DNA of 64,000 bases, from contig JASFYF010000001.1 in assembly GCA_030055465.1 (NCBI GenBank), forward strand, positions 163,179 to 227,178, read 5' to 3'. Positions 39,386 to 49,409 of this stretch are shown here, in pieces; positions within the stretch are counted from its first letter, which is position 1, and each line of letters begins with the position of its first letter. Source of the stretch: Candidatus Nezhaarchaeota archaeon (GTDB lineage Archaea; Thermoproteota; Methanomethylicia; Nezhaarchaeales; WYZ-LMO8). Both the position numbers and the translations under genes were made by a program. A model generated the notes under the pieces. It was given only the letters and a program-made list of their open reading frames with translations. It searched no databases and had not been told where the DNA came from.

Positions 39386-40399
39386 TCACTTAGCCGCCAA
39401 GCCCAAGAGGCCCACTACGTCCTCTAATGAGAACATCAACCTGTAGGCTATCGACACCGCCGTGGTGCACTGAGATAGGCAGCCCCTGCACCTGCTGGTC
39501 TCCCGCGCGGCTTCAAGCCTAAGCCGAGAATTCCATATATCCTTCAGCCCCTGCTTAACCGCGTTGCCCATGAAGCTCCCTCTAACCGAGTTGCACGCGT
39601 AGACGGAGCCGTCGGGGTCAACCATGAAGTAGAGGTTTCCAGCATCGCATATGCGCGGCAACGATGATGCGAAGTAGCTCTTCAGCGCCTTTATATACCA
39701 CGTGGTAGGCGCGACGTATGACGGCTTCAACCTCTTAAGCCTCAAAAGCTCGTCAACTAAGGCTTCAACATCCTCCAAGCTTACTTCACCTCGCCGTGGA
39801 GGGTAGGGCAGCACCGGCTGGAAGGAGACGAAGTCAACTCTCCCCATCAGCCACCTGAAGAGCTTAGCCACCTCGCGGACGTTGCCCCCGTAAACGGTTA
39901 GGTCAACTCCAACTCTGGCCCCAGCGTTCCTCAGTAGGTTTATGGTCCTCAAGGCCCTTCTAAAGGTACCCTTAAATCCCCTAGTCGAGTCGTGCGTCTC
40001 CTCAAAGCCGTCGAGGGACACGTTAACCATGTTGAAGGCCTTGCTAAGCGATCTAGCCCTATCCGGTGTAACCAGGGTGCCGTTCGTGCTTAGAACGGTG
40101 AAGACACCGCGATCCCTTGCCCTGGCCGCCAGCAGCTCCAAGTCCCTTCGAAGAAGTGGCTCTCCACCGGAGAAATCTATCGTTGAAACCCCGAAATCGC
40201 AGAGCGCATCAATAAGCCTGAGGGCCTCATCCGTATCTAGCTCCGGAGTGCTCCTTTTCCACCAATCGCAGAACACGCACCTAAGATTACACTTGGCGGT
40301 GCAACAGTACACGACGAAGCTTGGCTTAGGCGCCATCAGCTTGTATGAGAGGTAGGAGGCCAGAATCCTTAAAGCGTAGCGCAATTGGGTCGCCACCAA
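39386..40399 (-). CDS. Radical SAM protein with C-terminal twitch/SPASM-like cysteines
   Basis: CTAKCNLRCVFC, SGGEPLL, CDAG...YAC, CRGCLSQC. Confidence 0.9.
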   Translation of the reverse strand: MVATQLRYALRILASYLSYKLMAPKPSFVVYCCTAKCNLRCVFCDWWKRSTPELDTDEALRLIDALCDFGVSTIDFSGGEPLLRRDLELLAARARDRGVFTVLSTNGTLVTPDRARSLSKAFNMVNVSLDGFEETHDSTRGFKGTFRRALRTINLLRNAGARVGVDLTVYGGNVREVAKLFRWLMGRVDFVSFQPVLPYPPRRGEVSLEDVEALVDELLRLKRLKPSYVAPTTWYIKALKSYFASSLPRICDAGNLYFMVDPDGSVYACNSVRGSFMGNAVKQGLKDIWNSRLRLEAARETSRCRGCLSQCTTAVSIAYRLMFSLEDVVGLLGLAAK

Positions 40400-40405
40400 C
40401 GACGC

Positions 40406-42373
40406 TCAGATGAGCAAAGCCCTGAAAATAAGGTGTAGGAGGGCGCCCATAAGCGTTGCTACGGCAATGCTGACTGTAGAGATGGCCGCAGCGCTCCTCC
40501 ACCCGAATTCCTTCACGAGCGCGGCCAAAGTTGCCACGCATGGTATGTACGTCGCCACCACAACCCCGAAGACGTACATCTGCTGCGGAGTCATAACCGA
40601 GGCAAGATCGGCGGTGCCCACGGACTCGGCCAGCAGCGTCACCACCAGCTCCTTCCTCAAGAAGCCGAAGAGCAGCGGTATAAACGTCTGAGGTGGAAGC
40701 CCCAGAAGCCCTTCCGTGTAGGGCCTCACGAAGGCCACAGCCGGCTCCAGCAGGTTTAAAGCCTTTAAGCCCTCGAGGAGCGCGCTTGCGCACATGATTA
40801 TTGGGAGGGCTATGCGCATGAACTCTTTGGTTTTAACCCACATCTTGGAGATCACAACCCTGACGCTGGGCCTCCTGTAGGGAGGCATCTCCATGATTAG
40901 GCCCACGGGCTCCCCTGGCATCACCTTAAAGGCTGCCCTAACGGTCAAGAAAAGCGCCACCAAAACGAGCATGTACACGGTTATGGCTGAGGCTACTCCG
41001 AGAAACCTCCCGACGACGCTTAATATAACCACGGTCCTCGCGGAGCACGGAACGAACACGACCGATAAGCCGCATAGGCGGCGTTCCCTATCGGTCTCGA
41101 GAATCCTGCAGCCGGTGCACGCGGGAACGTTGCAGCCGAAGCCTAGGAGGAGGGGTATCAGCGCCTTGCCGTGGAGACCCATCTTGTGCATTAGGCTGTC
41201 CGTCAGGTATGCGGCCCTTGGAAGATACCCCGAGTCCTCAAGGATCGAGAGGACCAAGTAGAATGGGACTATGTAAGGCAAGACAATAGTGAAGCTGGAC
41301 GCGAAGCCCGTTATTAACCCCTCAACCACAACCGCGACCGCCTGCGGGGGTAGGAGACCCCGCAAAAACATCCGTGAAGGCTCGACGAGGACCGCGTTTA
41401 GGGCTTCCTCAACGATCGGCGAGATTCCGGCCCCGCTGTAGAAGGCAAAGCTCAGCATCCCCAGGAGAACTAGGGCTAAGACCGCGTAGCCCATTATCGG
41501 GTGGGTTGTGACGCGCTCAAGGGTCCTCTCCCACCTTACCCTAGGCTTAGCGGTGACCTCCTGAACCTGCGAGACAATGCTCGTTATCTTCGCGTACCGT
41601 TCAGCGGCGATTACAACTGGAGCCGGCTCGCCGTGCATTTCCTCAAGCTCCTTGGCCAGCCTGTCGGCAACCCCCAGTATCTCTTGTTCCCCGGCCCTGG
41701 TTAGAAGCTCTATTATCAGCGGGTCGCGCTCGAGAAGCTTAATGCTCATCCACCTGGATGGATACTTCTCGCTTAACCTGGACTTCTTCACGTGCTCCTC
41801 AAGCACGATGAGCCTATTCTCGATCTCCCTGCCGTAGAGCAGCCTCCTCGGCTTAAGGGGGGCCCTCCCTTCAGCTCCATCCACTATAGCGTTAAGCAGC
41901 TCGTTGAGGCCCAAGCCTGTTATGGCTACCGTCGGCACCACCTGCACCCCGAGGAGCTCGGAAAGCCTCTTGGCGTTTACGTTAATCCCCTTCCTCTCAG
42001 CCATGTCCACCTGGTTGAGCGCTAAGATTATGGGCGCCTCGAGCTCCACGAGCTGGAGGGTTAGGTACAGGTTCCTTTCTAGGGCGGAGGCGTCCACCAC
42101 GTTGACCACGACATTCGCCTCGCGCGAGGCGACGAAGTCCCGCGTCACAACTTCCTCAGCCGAGAACGCCGACAGCGAGTACGTGCCTGGCAAGTCTATG
42201 ACCCTAATCTTGTATCCCTTAAAGTAGAGGGAGCCCTCAGCTTTCTCCACGGTTTTGCCAGGCCAGTTGCCTATCTTCTGGTTTAACCCCGTCAGCTGGT
42301 TGAAAATGCAGCTCTTGCCAACGTTGGCGTTCCCAGCCAGAGCTATGGTTAATGCTGGGCTCATAAGGGTCAC
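40406..42373 (-). CDS. feoB: Ferrous iron transporter FeoB
   Basis: GNANVGKS, GNWPGKTVE, DLPGTYSL, NQVD, GFGCNVP, MEMPPY, YIPCVAT. Confidence 0.96.
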   Translation of the reverse strand: MTLMSPALTIALAGNANVGKSCIFNQLTGLNQKIGNWPGKTVEKAEGSLYFKGYKIRVIDLPGTYSLSAFSAEEVVTRDFVASREANVVVNVVDASALERNLYLTLQLVELEAPIILALNQVDMAERKGINVNAKRLSELLGVQVVPTVAITGLGLNELLNAIVDGAEGRAPLKPRRLLYGREIENRLIVLEEHVKKSRLSEKYPSRWMSIKLLERDPLIIELLTRAGEQEILGVADRLAKELEEMHGEPAPVVIAAERYAKITSIVSQVQEVTAKPRVRWERTLERVTTHPIMGYAVLALVLLGMLSFAFYSGAGISPIVEEALNAVLVEPSRMFLRGLLPPQAVAVVVEGLITGFASSFTIVLPYIVPFYLVLSILEDSGYLPRAAYLTDSLMHKMGLHGKALIPLLLGFGCNVPACTGCRILETDRERRLCGLSVVFVPCSARTVVILSVVGRFLGVASAITVYMLVLVALFLTVRAAFKVMPGEPVGLIMEMPPYRRPSVRVVISKMWVKTKEFMRIALPIIMCASALLEGLKALNLLEPAVAFVRPYTEGLLGLPPQTFIPLLFGFLRKELVVTLLAESVGTADLASVMTPQQMYVFGVVVATYIPCVATLAALVKEFGWRSAAAISTVSIAVATLMGALLHLIFRALLI

Positions 42374-42987
42374 TGCAGCTTCTGCACCGCTATCCTGGAC
42401 GCGAGCCCATAGCCTAGAACGAGCCTGGTGCCCCTAACGTCGATCTCAACGGGCCCCCTTAAAGGGGCTCTGCCGACCACCTCGATTAAGGTGCCCGGAG
42501 TCACGCCCATCTCGGCAAGCCTCCTCATAGCGGACGAGCCGCACACGGTGGAGACGATTATCCCTCTTTCTCCCGGCTTAAGCTCGACGAGCGGCTTAAG
42601 GTTCTCTATCCTTTCGTTGAGGTTGGCCAGCGCGCCGTAGAAGGCTTCGAGGTCCCTCTTTGTTAATCCGTGCTTGCGCCTCCAATGCCTCCCCCAATCC
42701 GCCACGTTCCTGCTCCACTTCTCGCTGCCGTGAACGAAGACGTCGTGAATGTAGAGCTCCCGATGCTTTAAAATCCTCTTAACCCCTTCATCGGTGACCT
42801 CGTAATAGTCGCCTCTGCTCACCGCGAGCCCGAGCTTCACGGCTTCGTCTAGGAGCTGCCTGACCTTGGATGGCGGCTCGTTGAGCTCTTTAGCCAGCAG
42901 GCTTTCGTTTGGAAATAAGCCCCTCTGCTTGAAGGCCATAAGCGCCTCGAGGAGGCATGAAAGGACGTCCTTGCTAACGCTCAACAA
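42370..42987 (-). CDS. DtxR-like winged helix + atypical His-rich segment + FeoA domain
   Basis: wHTH LAKELN...VRQLL, VTDEG...KHR, C-terminal FeoA RRLAEMGVTPG...APLRGPV; TTG start after GGAGGGG. Confidence 0.8.
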   Translation of the reverse strand: MLSVSKDVLSCLLEALMAFKQRGLFPNESLLAKELNEPPSKVRQLLDEAVKLGLAVSRGDYYEVTDEGVKRILKHRELYIHDVFVHGSEKWSRNVADWGRHWRRKHGLTKRDLEAFYGALANLNERIENLKPLVELKPGERGIIVSTVCGSSAMRRLAEMGVTPGTLIEVVGRAPLRGPVEIDVRGTRLVLGYGLASRIAVQKLQ

Positions 42988-43028
42988 CTCCCCTCCAAGA
43001 TAATGCCCCACGCCGCTATCACGTCTGA

Positions 43029-43041
43029 TTTGGCGACCTAT
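43029..43041. promoter_or_regulatory. Candidate DtxR-family operator upstream of the feo operon
   Basis: TTTGG-CGA-CCTAT matches 8/10 positions of a TTAGG-N3-CCTAA palindrome (consensus recalled, not verified). Confidence 0.3.
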
Positions 43042-43134
43042 TGAACTTTTCGGGCGGAACCATAAATGGGAAGAAGCCCCTAAAGGGAGGGTAAAGGGTA
43101 AAAACTTCTTCGCGCTACTGATACGTGGGTTGAC

Positions 43135-43845
43135 ATGGCAGCTTTAAGGGCCGTCGCCTACTCAAGGACCTCAACCGATATGCAAACGACCGAGCAGCAG
43201 ATAAACACGATAAAGGACTACGTTGCCACAAACGGCATTGAAGTGGTGGCGTGGTTCAGCGACCCCGACGTTTCTGGTGCCATACCAGCGCTTGAGCGCG
43301 AAGGCTTCAAAGAAATGCTGCACTACATAGAGCAAAACGGTATAACAGCCATAGTCGTCTACGCCATAGATAGGCTTGGAAGAAGCTTCATGGACATATT
43401 CAAGACCCTGAGTGAGCTTGACAAGAAGGGGATAACCGTCATAAGCATAAGGGACAGGTTCCTTCAAACCCTCGACCCAAACATCAGGAGGCTTGTGCTG
43501 GCAGTTTTAGCATGGGCCTCCGAGTACGAGGTTAAGCTGACGAGGGAGAGGGTTAGGCTAGCCATGAAGAGGAGGGAGGTTCAGGAGAAGATCGAGAAGA
43601 TAAGGAAGGTCAACAAGATCTACGCGGAGACGAGGCAGCTCATAAAGCAGCTGTACACCCAAGGGTGGAGCCTCCGCAAAATATCGAAAACCATGAACCT
43701 CAGCCTCTACGCCGTCCGTAAAGTTCTTGTGTGCGAAGGAGTTTTAGATCCCGGAAAGCAGAGCTGCCCCCGATGCGGACATAAGCTGGTGTGGGACGAC
43801 ATAGAGAGCACATACAAGTGCAGGTCCTGCGGCTACAAGTCATAG
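43135..43845 (+). CDS. Small serine recombinase (resolvase/invertase type) with C-terminal HTH and Zn ribbon
   Basis: AVAYSRTST (catalytic Ser), IDRLGR, EYE...RER, HTH QGWSLRKISKTMNLS, CPRCG...CRSCG. Confidence 0.9.
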   Translation: MAALRAVAYSRTSTDMQTTEQQINTIKDYVATNGIEVVAWFSDPDVSGAIPALEREGFKEMLHYIEQNGITAIVVYAIDRLGRSFMDIFKTLSELDKKGITVISIRDRFLQTLDPNIRRLVLAVLAWASEYEVKLTRERVRLAMKRREVQEKIEKIRKVNKIYAETRQLIKQLYTQGWSLRKISKTMNLSLYAVRKVLVCEGVLDPGKQSCPRCGHKLVWDDIESTYKCRSCGYKS

Positions 43846-43885
43846 CTCGAAGCCGAGCCCACTGGAGCTATTAGGCGAGCAGCAT

Positions 43886-43932
43886 ATTTTCAACCTCTGA
43901 TTAGAGGCGAAAATAGTTAAGAAAATAGTTAA
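43886..43932. repeat. Imperfect inverted repeat plus 12-bp tandem duplication just downstream of the recombinase
   Basis: TATTTTC-AA-CCTCT-GATT-AGAGG-C-GAAAATA; GAAAATAGTTAA x2 at 43909-43932. Confidence 0.7.
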
Positions 43933-43977
43933 GTAACATGGGCGCGCAGGGATAATTGGATTTAAGGGGATCCGCTG

Positions 43978-44784
43978 ATGAGCGGCGCAGCCACATCAAC
44001 TTTCACCATTGAGGTCCTATGCAAGACCGCCCTCTCCAAGAGCGGGATCTACGGCGTCGACTACTCGTTGAATCCCTACTTCGGCTGCGAGCACTCCTGC
44101 ATCTACTGCTACGTTCCAAGGTTCACGCCCCACAGGCTTAAAGGCAGGCGCTGGGGCCGCTTCGTCGAGGTTAAAACTAATATTTCGAAGGTTCTAGCCG
44201 GAGAGCTGAAGGCCCTGTCAAAGGGTAGAATCCTTGTAAGCAGCGTGACCGACCCCTACCAGCCCGCGGAGCGTAGATACCAGTTGACGCGGGGGTGCCT
44301 GGAGCTGCTGGCGGGAAGGGGCTTTGAGGTCACGGTGCTGACGAAATCAAACCTCTTCACTAGGGACTTAGACGTGATAGACGCAAGGGGCTTCGAGGTG
44401 GGAGTTACCGTGACGACGCTTCAAGCCTACAGGGAGCTCGAGCCGGGAGCGCCTCCGCCCTTAGCGAGGCTTAAGGCCTTAGAGGAGGCTTCCGAGAGCG
44501 GCTTCAAGACGTTCTTGTTTCTAGGACCATTAATACCAGGAGTGGTTGACGAAGAAGTGGAGGAGCTTCTCGAGTTGGCCCGCGCCTCCGGGGTTGGGTA
44601 CGTGATAGTCGACAAGCTCAACACGAGGGGGGACGTCGCCCAATCAATCCTTGAAGCGCTTAAGGAGCCTCAACGCACGAGGTTCGCCAAGGCGCTCGCC
44701 GAGAAGAAGTGGGCCTTCAACTTTAAGGGAAGAATCGCTGAGCTATGCCGTAAGCTAAACCTACAATGCGACTTCTGCTTCTAG
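43978..44784 (+). CDS. SPL-family (spore photoproduct lyase-like) radical SAM protein
   Basis: LNPYFGCEHSCIYCY, SSVTDPYQPAE, LTKS, EPGAPPP. Confidence 0.88.
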   Translation: MSGAATSTFTIEVLCKTALSKSGIYGVDYSLNPYFGCEHSCIYCYVPRFTPHRLKGRRWGRFVEVKTNISKVLAGELKALSKGRILVSSVTDPYQPAERRYQLTRGCLELLAGRGFEVTVLTKSNLFTRDLDVIDARGFEVGVTVTTLQAYRELEPGAPPPLARLKALEEASESGFKTFLFLGPLIPGVVDEEVEELLELARASGVGYVIVDKLNTRGDVAQSILEALKEPQRTRFAKALAEKKWAFNFKGRIAELCRKLNLQCDFCF

Positions 44785-45368
44785 AAATTGACAGCATCAA
44801 TCCGCGCTGAGCCGTGCAGGTGGCCAAGGCCTTCACGCGTCCGCCTCTCCTCGTAAACCTCATCTATTAGGATCTCTAGGGCTTTTAATGGCTCGTAGCC
44901 CCCCTCAAATATCAGCGAGTTCAGCTTGGAGTAGTGATACTTGACCTCTTGATAGTAGGAGCTTAGAAGCTCCCACGGAGGCTCGATGACCTCCCCAAAG
45001 CCAACCCCACGACAGCAGTAGTCAAGGTTAATCAGGTCTTGCCTTCCAGGACTGTAAGGAATGAACGGGTAAAGCCTACATCGCATGGGCCTAGCCGGGT
45101 ATACCCTACAGTATGGCTTATCGTTGAACTCCAAGAACGCGCAAAGCCCTCCCCTGCTGGCTAGAACCGGTATCGCCACCATGTCCGCTATTACCGCCGC
45201 CACATACCTGCCCTTCAGCTCTCCCCAATGTAAACCTAGGAATTCAGCTACCCTACAAACATCAAAGGCTGTGAGGCTAACGTTAGGTCCGTGGCAGCAG
45301 CTGCCGCACCTCGAGCACGACAGCTTTACCTTTCCGCCTACAGCCACCTCTCCGTATTGGTGCACCAT
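44781..45368 (-). CDS. YkgJ family cysteine-cluster protein (second copy)
   Basis: CSRCGSCC, CAFL, CRVYPARPMRCRLYPF. Confidence 0.85.
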   Translation of the reverse strand: MVHQYGEVAVGGKVKLSCSRCGSCCHGPNVSLTAFDVCRVAEFLGLHWGELKGRYVAAVIADMVAIPVLASRGGLCAFLEFNDKPYCRVYPARPMRCRLYPFIPYSPGRQDLINLDYCCRGVGFGEVIEPPWELLSSYYQEVKYHYSKLNSLIFEGGYEPLKALEILIDEVYEERRTREGLGHLHGSARIDAVNF

Positions 45369-45488
45369 GATGGTCAGAGGAAGTTAGTGCCCCGACAGAT
45401 AAGCATTTTGCCTGGCGGCCTAGCTCCCGGCGCTGTTTAGGATGCGTGCGCTTCAGCCCACACGTGGTGAAAGCACCTGATATGTGCT

Positions 45489-46706
45489 TTAACCCCTGCG
45501 CTTAAGGGTTATGGACAGCGCGAAGGCTATTGAAGTCAAGGTCACGCCGAAGCCCATCAGGTACGTGGGCCTGTAGCTGCCGTACATATCGGCTACGAGG
45601 CCTCCCACCGCCGGGGAGGTCAGCAAGCCCACGCCGCATAGCAGCGTCCACAGCCCGGTTATGGAGCCCATAACCCCCCAGCCGTAAATGTCCTTGACCA
45701 AGGCTGCGTATAGCGGCCACATGGCTCCGTAGCCTATGCCGACCACACCGTTCCACAGTGCTATGTCAATGTAGTTTTGCTGGCGCACCATTAGCGCGGA
45801 TCCGAGTAAGCCAATGGCTGTTATAGAGTTGCAGAGCGCTATCGCCAGCCTCCTACCAGTCTTATCCGACAATATTGGTATGACCAACGTCCCAATGATG
45901 CCCACAAAACCTATCACGCTGAATAGCGCGGTGGAGGCCCCTCTATCGAGCATCAACTCCAAGTAGGCATAGTTCTTAACAAAGGTCATTGGAACCATTA
46001 TCGCGAACGACGCGAGCATGTAGGAGAGACCTCCAAGCCAAAACCTCTTGTCACTCAGTATCGAAGTAAAGCCTTTAACGTGCTCTTTAAGGCTCTTTGC
46101 GGGCGCGTCGCCCACCTCTGGCTCCTCAGCGAGGAGCACTAGGGGCAAGAGCAAAGCTAAAGATGCAGCGCCTAAAATCAGCCAGCAACCCCTCCAACCT
46201 ACGTAGGGCACCAACATCGGTATCACGAAGCCTAAAGTGCCGAAGCCCACGTTGGGGCCCAGCTGGAGTATCCCCAACGAGAAGCCCCTCCTCGCCGGGT
46301 AAACCCTCTGAACCCACACGGTCAGAGGGGTCCAACACACCGAGGCGCCAATGCCGGATATGCCGAGAAACAGCGCTCCACTCCAATCCGAGAACGCGAC
46401 GCTCATGAGGGCTGCTCCTATGCCGAGCAGCGGCAGGAACGCTAGGGTGGTCCTTTTTATGCCCTTAACATCCACTAGGAAGCCCACGAAGACCGACGAC
46501 ACAGTGTAGAGGGCTAGACAGGTAGTGTAGATAAGCCCTGCCTGCGCGTTAGTCAAGTTCAGCTCCCTCATTATTTCGGGCAGCAACATGCTGTAGGCGT
46601 ACCTTATGCCGTAAGACATGAATGCAGCCGAAAAGCACGCTGCAAGTATTAGGAGTGGACGCTTAACGCACTTCACCTCTCCGCTCCCGGCCGCCTGAAC
46701 CATCAT
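45489..46706 (-). CDS. MFS transporter
   Basis: About 12 TM; GFLVDVKGIKR, LSDKTGRR, YGWRG-like motif. Confidence 0.9.
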   Translation of the reverse strand: MMVQAAGSGEVKCVKRPLLILAACFSAAFMSYGIRYAYSMLLPEIMRELNLTNAQAGLIYTTCLALYTVSSVFVGFLVDVKGIKRTTLAFLPLLGIGAALMSVAFSDWSGALFLGISGIGASVCWTPLTVWVQRVYPARRGFSLGILQLGPNVGFGTLGFVIPMLVPYVGWRGCWLILGAASLALLLPLVLLAEEPEVGDAPAKSLKEHVKGFTSILSDKRFWLGGLSYMLASFAIMVPMTFVKNYAYLELMLDRGASTALFSVIGFVGIIGTLVIPILSDKTGRRLAIALCNSITAIGLLGSALMVRQQNYIDIALWNGVVGIGYGAMWPLYAALVKDIYGWGVMGSITGLWTLLCGVGLLTSPAVGGLVADMYGSYRPTYLMGFGVTLTSIAFALSITLKRRG

Positions 46707-46732
46707 GCTTCACCTTAAATCAAGGTTGAAGG

Positions 46733-47176
46733 TCAAGTTAAAAGCTCTAAGCGCAGGGCCCCGCTCATGCAGTGCTTCACGCAGAAGGGCATCTCCGATG
46801 GCTTCCCGGCGCAGGTATCACACTTCTCAATCTTCTTGGTCTCCAAGTTGAACCATACCGCCCGAAGGGGACATGCATCGATGCATGCCCTACAGCCGTT
46901 GCACCTATCCGCCTTTAAGGCCACCACGCCCTCGTCGTCCCTTTCAAGCGCCCTTGCAGGGCAAACCTCAATGCATGGAGCCTCAACACATTGGTTGCAA
47001 AGCCTTGCATTGAACTTCATAACCGCCTTTCCACGCGCGCCGAGCAGGATTGCCTTCTCTATCTTTATCCTGAAGGCCCCTACTGGCAGCTTGTGGAGCT
47101 GCTTACACGCAACCTCGCACGAGAAGCAGCCAGTGCAGATATCAGGGTTAAAAGAGAGAACCCTAGCCATTTTCAT
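46733..47176 (-). CDS. 4Fe-4S dicluster protein (FdhB/DmsB-like, short)
   Basis: CTGCFSCEVAC, CNQCVEAPCIEVCP, CNGCRACIDACP, KCDTC...FCVKHC; ATGA overlap with the upstream gene. Confidence 0.92.
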   Translation of the reverse strand: MKMARVLSFNPDICTGCFSCEVACKQLHKLPVGAFRIKIEKAILLGARGKAVMKFNARLCNQCVEAPCIEVCPARALERDDEGVVALKADRCNGCRACIDACPLRAVWFNLETKKIEKCDTCAGKPSEMPFCVKHCMSGALRLELLT

Positions 47177-49338
47177 TCTCCTCCAGCCCTGCGAACCCTG
47201 CAGAGCAGGCCGCGCAGGACCCTTGTGCCCACTATCGGTTCATATCCGTATGGGGGCTTCATCGGTATTATTGAGTTCACATTGTACTTTACGGCGCGGT
47301 CCTCGTAGGTCTCGCCTTCAGGGTACCACCACAAGGCCTGGGCCGATACAACCCTCGGGTTAATACCGTAGCTTAGGAAGGCCTTCAGCTTAACCTTGCC
47401 TTTACTCATGGGGGTTTCGACGTACACCCAGTCGCCCTCCTCGATGCCGTAGGCGCTGGCGGTTTGAGGGTGCATCTCGAGTAGGGGGTTGGGTAGAAGC
47501 TCGCGCAGATAGGGAACGTTGTGGCCCATTGATTGATACGACGCTATGTGCCTCGAGCCGGTGATCAGTATCAACGGGTACTCCGAAGCCAGCTCAGGCG
47601 TTGAGTAGGGGCTCTCGGGAGGCTCAACGTACTCCGGCAGCGGGTCGTACCCGTACTTTTCAAGCAAAGTCGAGTACAGCTCGCATTTACCCGTCGGGGT
47701 CCTGAAGCCCGGTTTGCCGTCCTCCCTCAGCATTCCCCTCTCGTACCTTCTCTCAGCTAGGACCTCAGATGCGATGTACCCCTTCTTCTTGAAGTCCTCA
47801 AACGTTAAGCCGAGCTCCCGAAGCCTGTAATCCAGAAGCTCCCTGTAACTGGAAACCGGAAACGGAATCTTAAGCTTCATCCTTCTCATAAGCTCGAAGA
47901 GCACTTCGTTGTCGTCCCTGCACTCGTGGAGCGGCTCTATAACCCGCTGCCGCGCAGCTATGAAGTTGGTGTAGCAGAAGGCATCGCATATATCCTCGCA
48001 CTCCAAGTATGTGGCTGAGGGCAGGACGTAGTCGGCTAGCTCGGCCGTGGGGGTCATGAAGAAGTCCATGACGACCAACAGCTCGAGCTTCTTTAACGCC
48101 TCCACGACTTCCCTGGTGCCCTCGAAGTTAACGGCTAGGTTGGAGGTAGCTACGAGGGCTTTAATTGGATATGGCTTGCCGGTCAGCATGGCCTCGAAGA
48201 CGCTGGGAGGATGAGGCAAGCACCTGAAAGAGGTTGGACCCGAGAGTAGAGGATACTTGTGAGCCCCTATGGTCTTCCCCTCAACTTCTGGAGGCAGGCG
48301 AAGCTGCCTCTTCAAGTTCATGTAGGTGAGCTTTATCGGGTATTGCGGAAGCTCGGCTCCTCCTCTCACGTTGAGGTTTCCGGTTATGGCAACCAGAATG
48401 GATATGGCCCTGCTGGCCTGCACGGAGTTGTAGCTCATCGAGACTCCAAGGTGCGAGTGAAGGGCTGCGGGCTTCAAAGTGGCGTAGAGCCTGGCCGCTT
48501 CGACTATTTGCTGCCTCGGAACCCATGTTATCTCCTCGACCTTCTCGGGAGGATACTCCTGAGCCCTCTCAGCCAAGGCGTTAAAGCCGTAGCACCACCG
48601 CTCCACGAAGTCCGCATCGTAGAGCCTCTCGTTGATTACGACGTTGAGCATCCCCAGAGCCAAGGCTCCATCCGTCCCAGGCCTCACCTGGAGCCACAGA
48701 TCCGCCATGGATGCAAGCTCGGTGAAGCGGGGGTCAATGACTATAAGCTTAGCTCCTCTCTTCTTGGCCTCAACTATCCTCTTGCCGAGGGCCGGAAAAG
48801 TGTGAACGGGGTTGTACCCCCACAGAACCACGCACCTGCTCACCCTGAAGTCCGGAACCCCAAGCTCGCACGTGTAGGCTTCACCGCACGTTAGTAGGTC
48901 CGCGGTCAAGTGGGGGGTGTAACAATAATGGCAGTTGCCTATAAGCTGGTTTGGCGAGCCGAGAGAAGCCAGGAAAATGCTCAGCCCCACGGCCACCCTC
49001 TTCGGGTAGGTTCCATATGATATGGATATGGATTCAGGCCCGTACTTCTCCTTTATTTCTAATAGCTTCGAGCACACCTCCTCGAGGGCTTCTTCCCAGC
49101 TTATCCGCCTCCACTTGCCTTCACCCTTCTCGCCAACCCTTTTAAGGGGGTGCTTCAACCTGTCAGGGTGATACAAGGTCTGCAGGAACGACAAGCCTTT
49201 GGGACACATGTAGCCCTCGCTGAGGGGATGATTCGGATCTCCCTCCAGCCTTACCACCCTGCCATCATCGGCAACGTGGGCTAAAACCCCGCACTCGCAC
49301 ATGCATCCCCCGCACACGGTTCTAACCACGCGGGGCAT
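47173..49338 (-). CDS. Mo/W-bisPGD oxidoreductase, acetylene-hydratase-like branch, no Tat signal
   Basis: CGGCMCEC...CPKG, LGSPN...CHYC, IDPRFT, RPGTD, GKPYPIKA, DFFMTPTAELADYVLP, GYDPLP. Confidence 0.88.
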   Translation of the reverse strand: MPRVVRTVCGGCMCECGVLAHVADDGRVVRLEGDPNHPLSEGYMCPKGLSFLQTLYHPDRLKHPLKRVGEKGEGKWRRISWEEALEEVCSKLLEIKEKYGPESISISYGTYPKRVAVGLSIFLASLGSPNQLIGNCHYCYTPHLTADLLTCGEAYTCELGVPDFRVSRCVVLWGYNPVHTFPALGKRIVEAKKRGAKLIVIDPRFTELASMADLWLQVRPGTDGALALGMLNVVINERLYDADFVERWCYGFNALAERAQEYPPEKVEEITWVPRQQIVEAARLYATLKPAALHSHLGVSMSYNSVQASRAISILVAITGNLNVRGGAELPQYPIKLTYMNLKRQLRLPPEVEGKTIGAHKYPLLSGPTSFRCLPHPPSVFEAMLTGKPYPIKALVATSNLAVNFEGTREVVEALKKLELLVVMDFFMTPTAELADYVLPSATYLECEDICDAFCYTNFIAARQRVIEPLHECRDDNEVLFELMRRMKLKIPFPVSSYRELLDYRLRELGLTFEDFKKKGYIASEVLAERRYERGMLREDGKPGFRTPTGKCELYSTLLEKYGYDPLPEYVEPPESPYSTPELASEYPLILITGSRHIASYQSMGHNVPYLRELLPNPLLEMHPQTASAYGIEEGDWVYVETPMSKGKVKLKAFLSYGINPRVVSAQALWWYPEGETYEDRAVKYNVNSIIPMKPPYGYEPIVGTRVLRGLLCRVRRAGGE

Positions 49339-49409
49339 TCCTCATCGATTAGCATTTATTGGATATCTTTAGGCTATTTTAGTGTTGCGAAAAAGCTGTA
49401 GGAAGCCCA

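Noticed and set aside
43135-43845. IS607 element
   Set aside because: HTH is C-terminal and no tnpB follows
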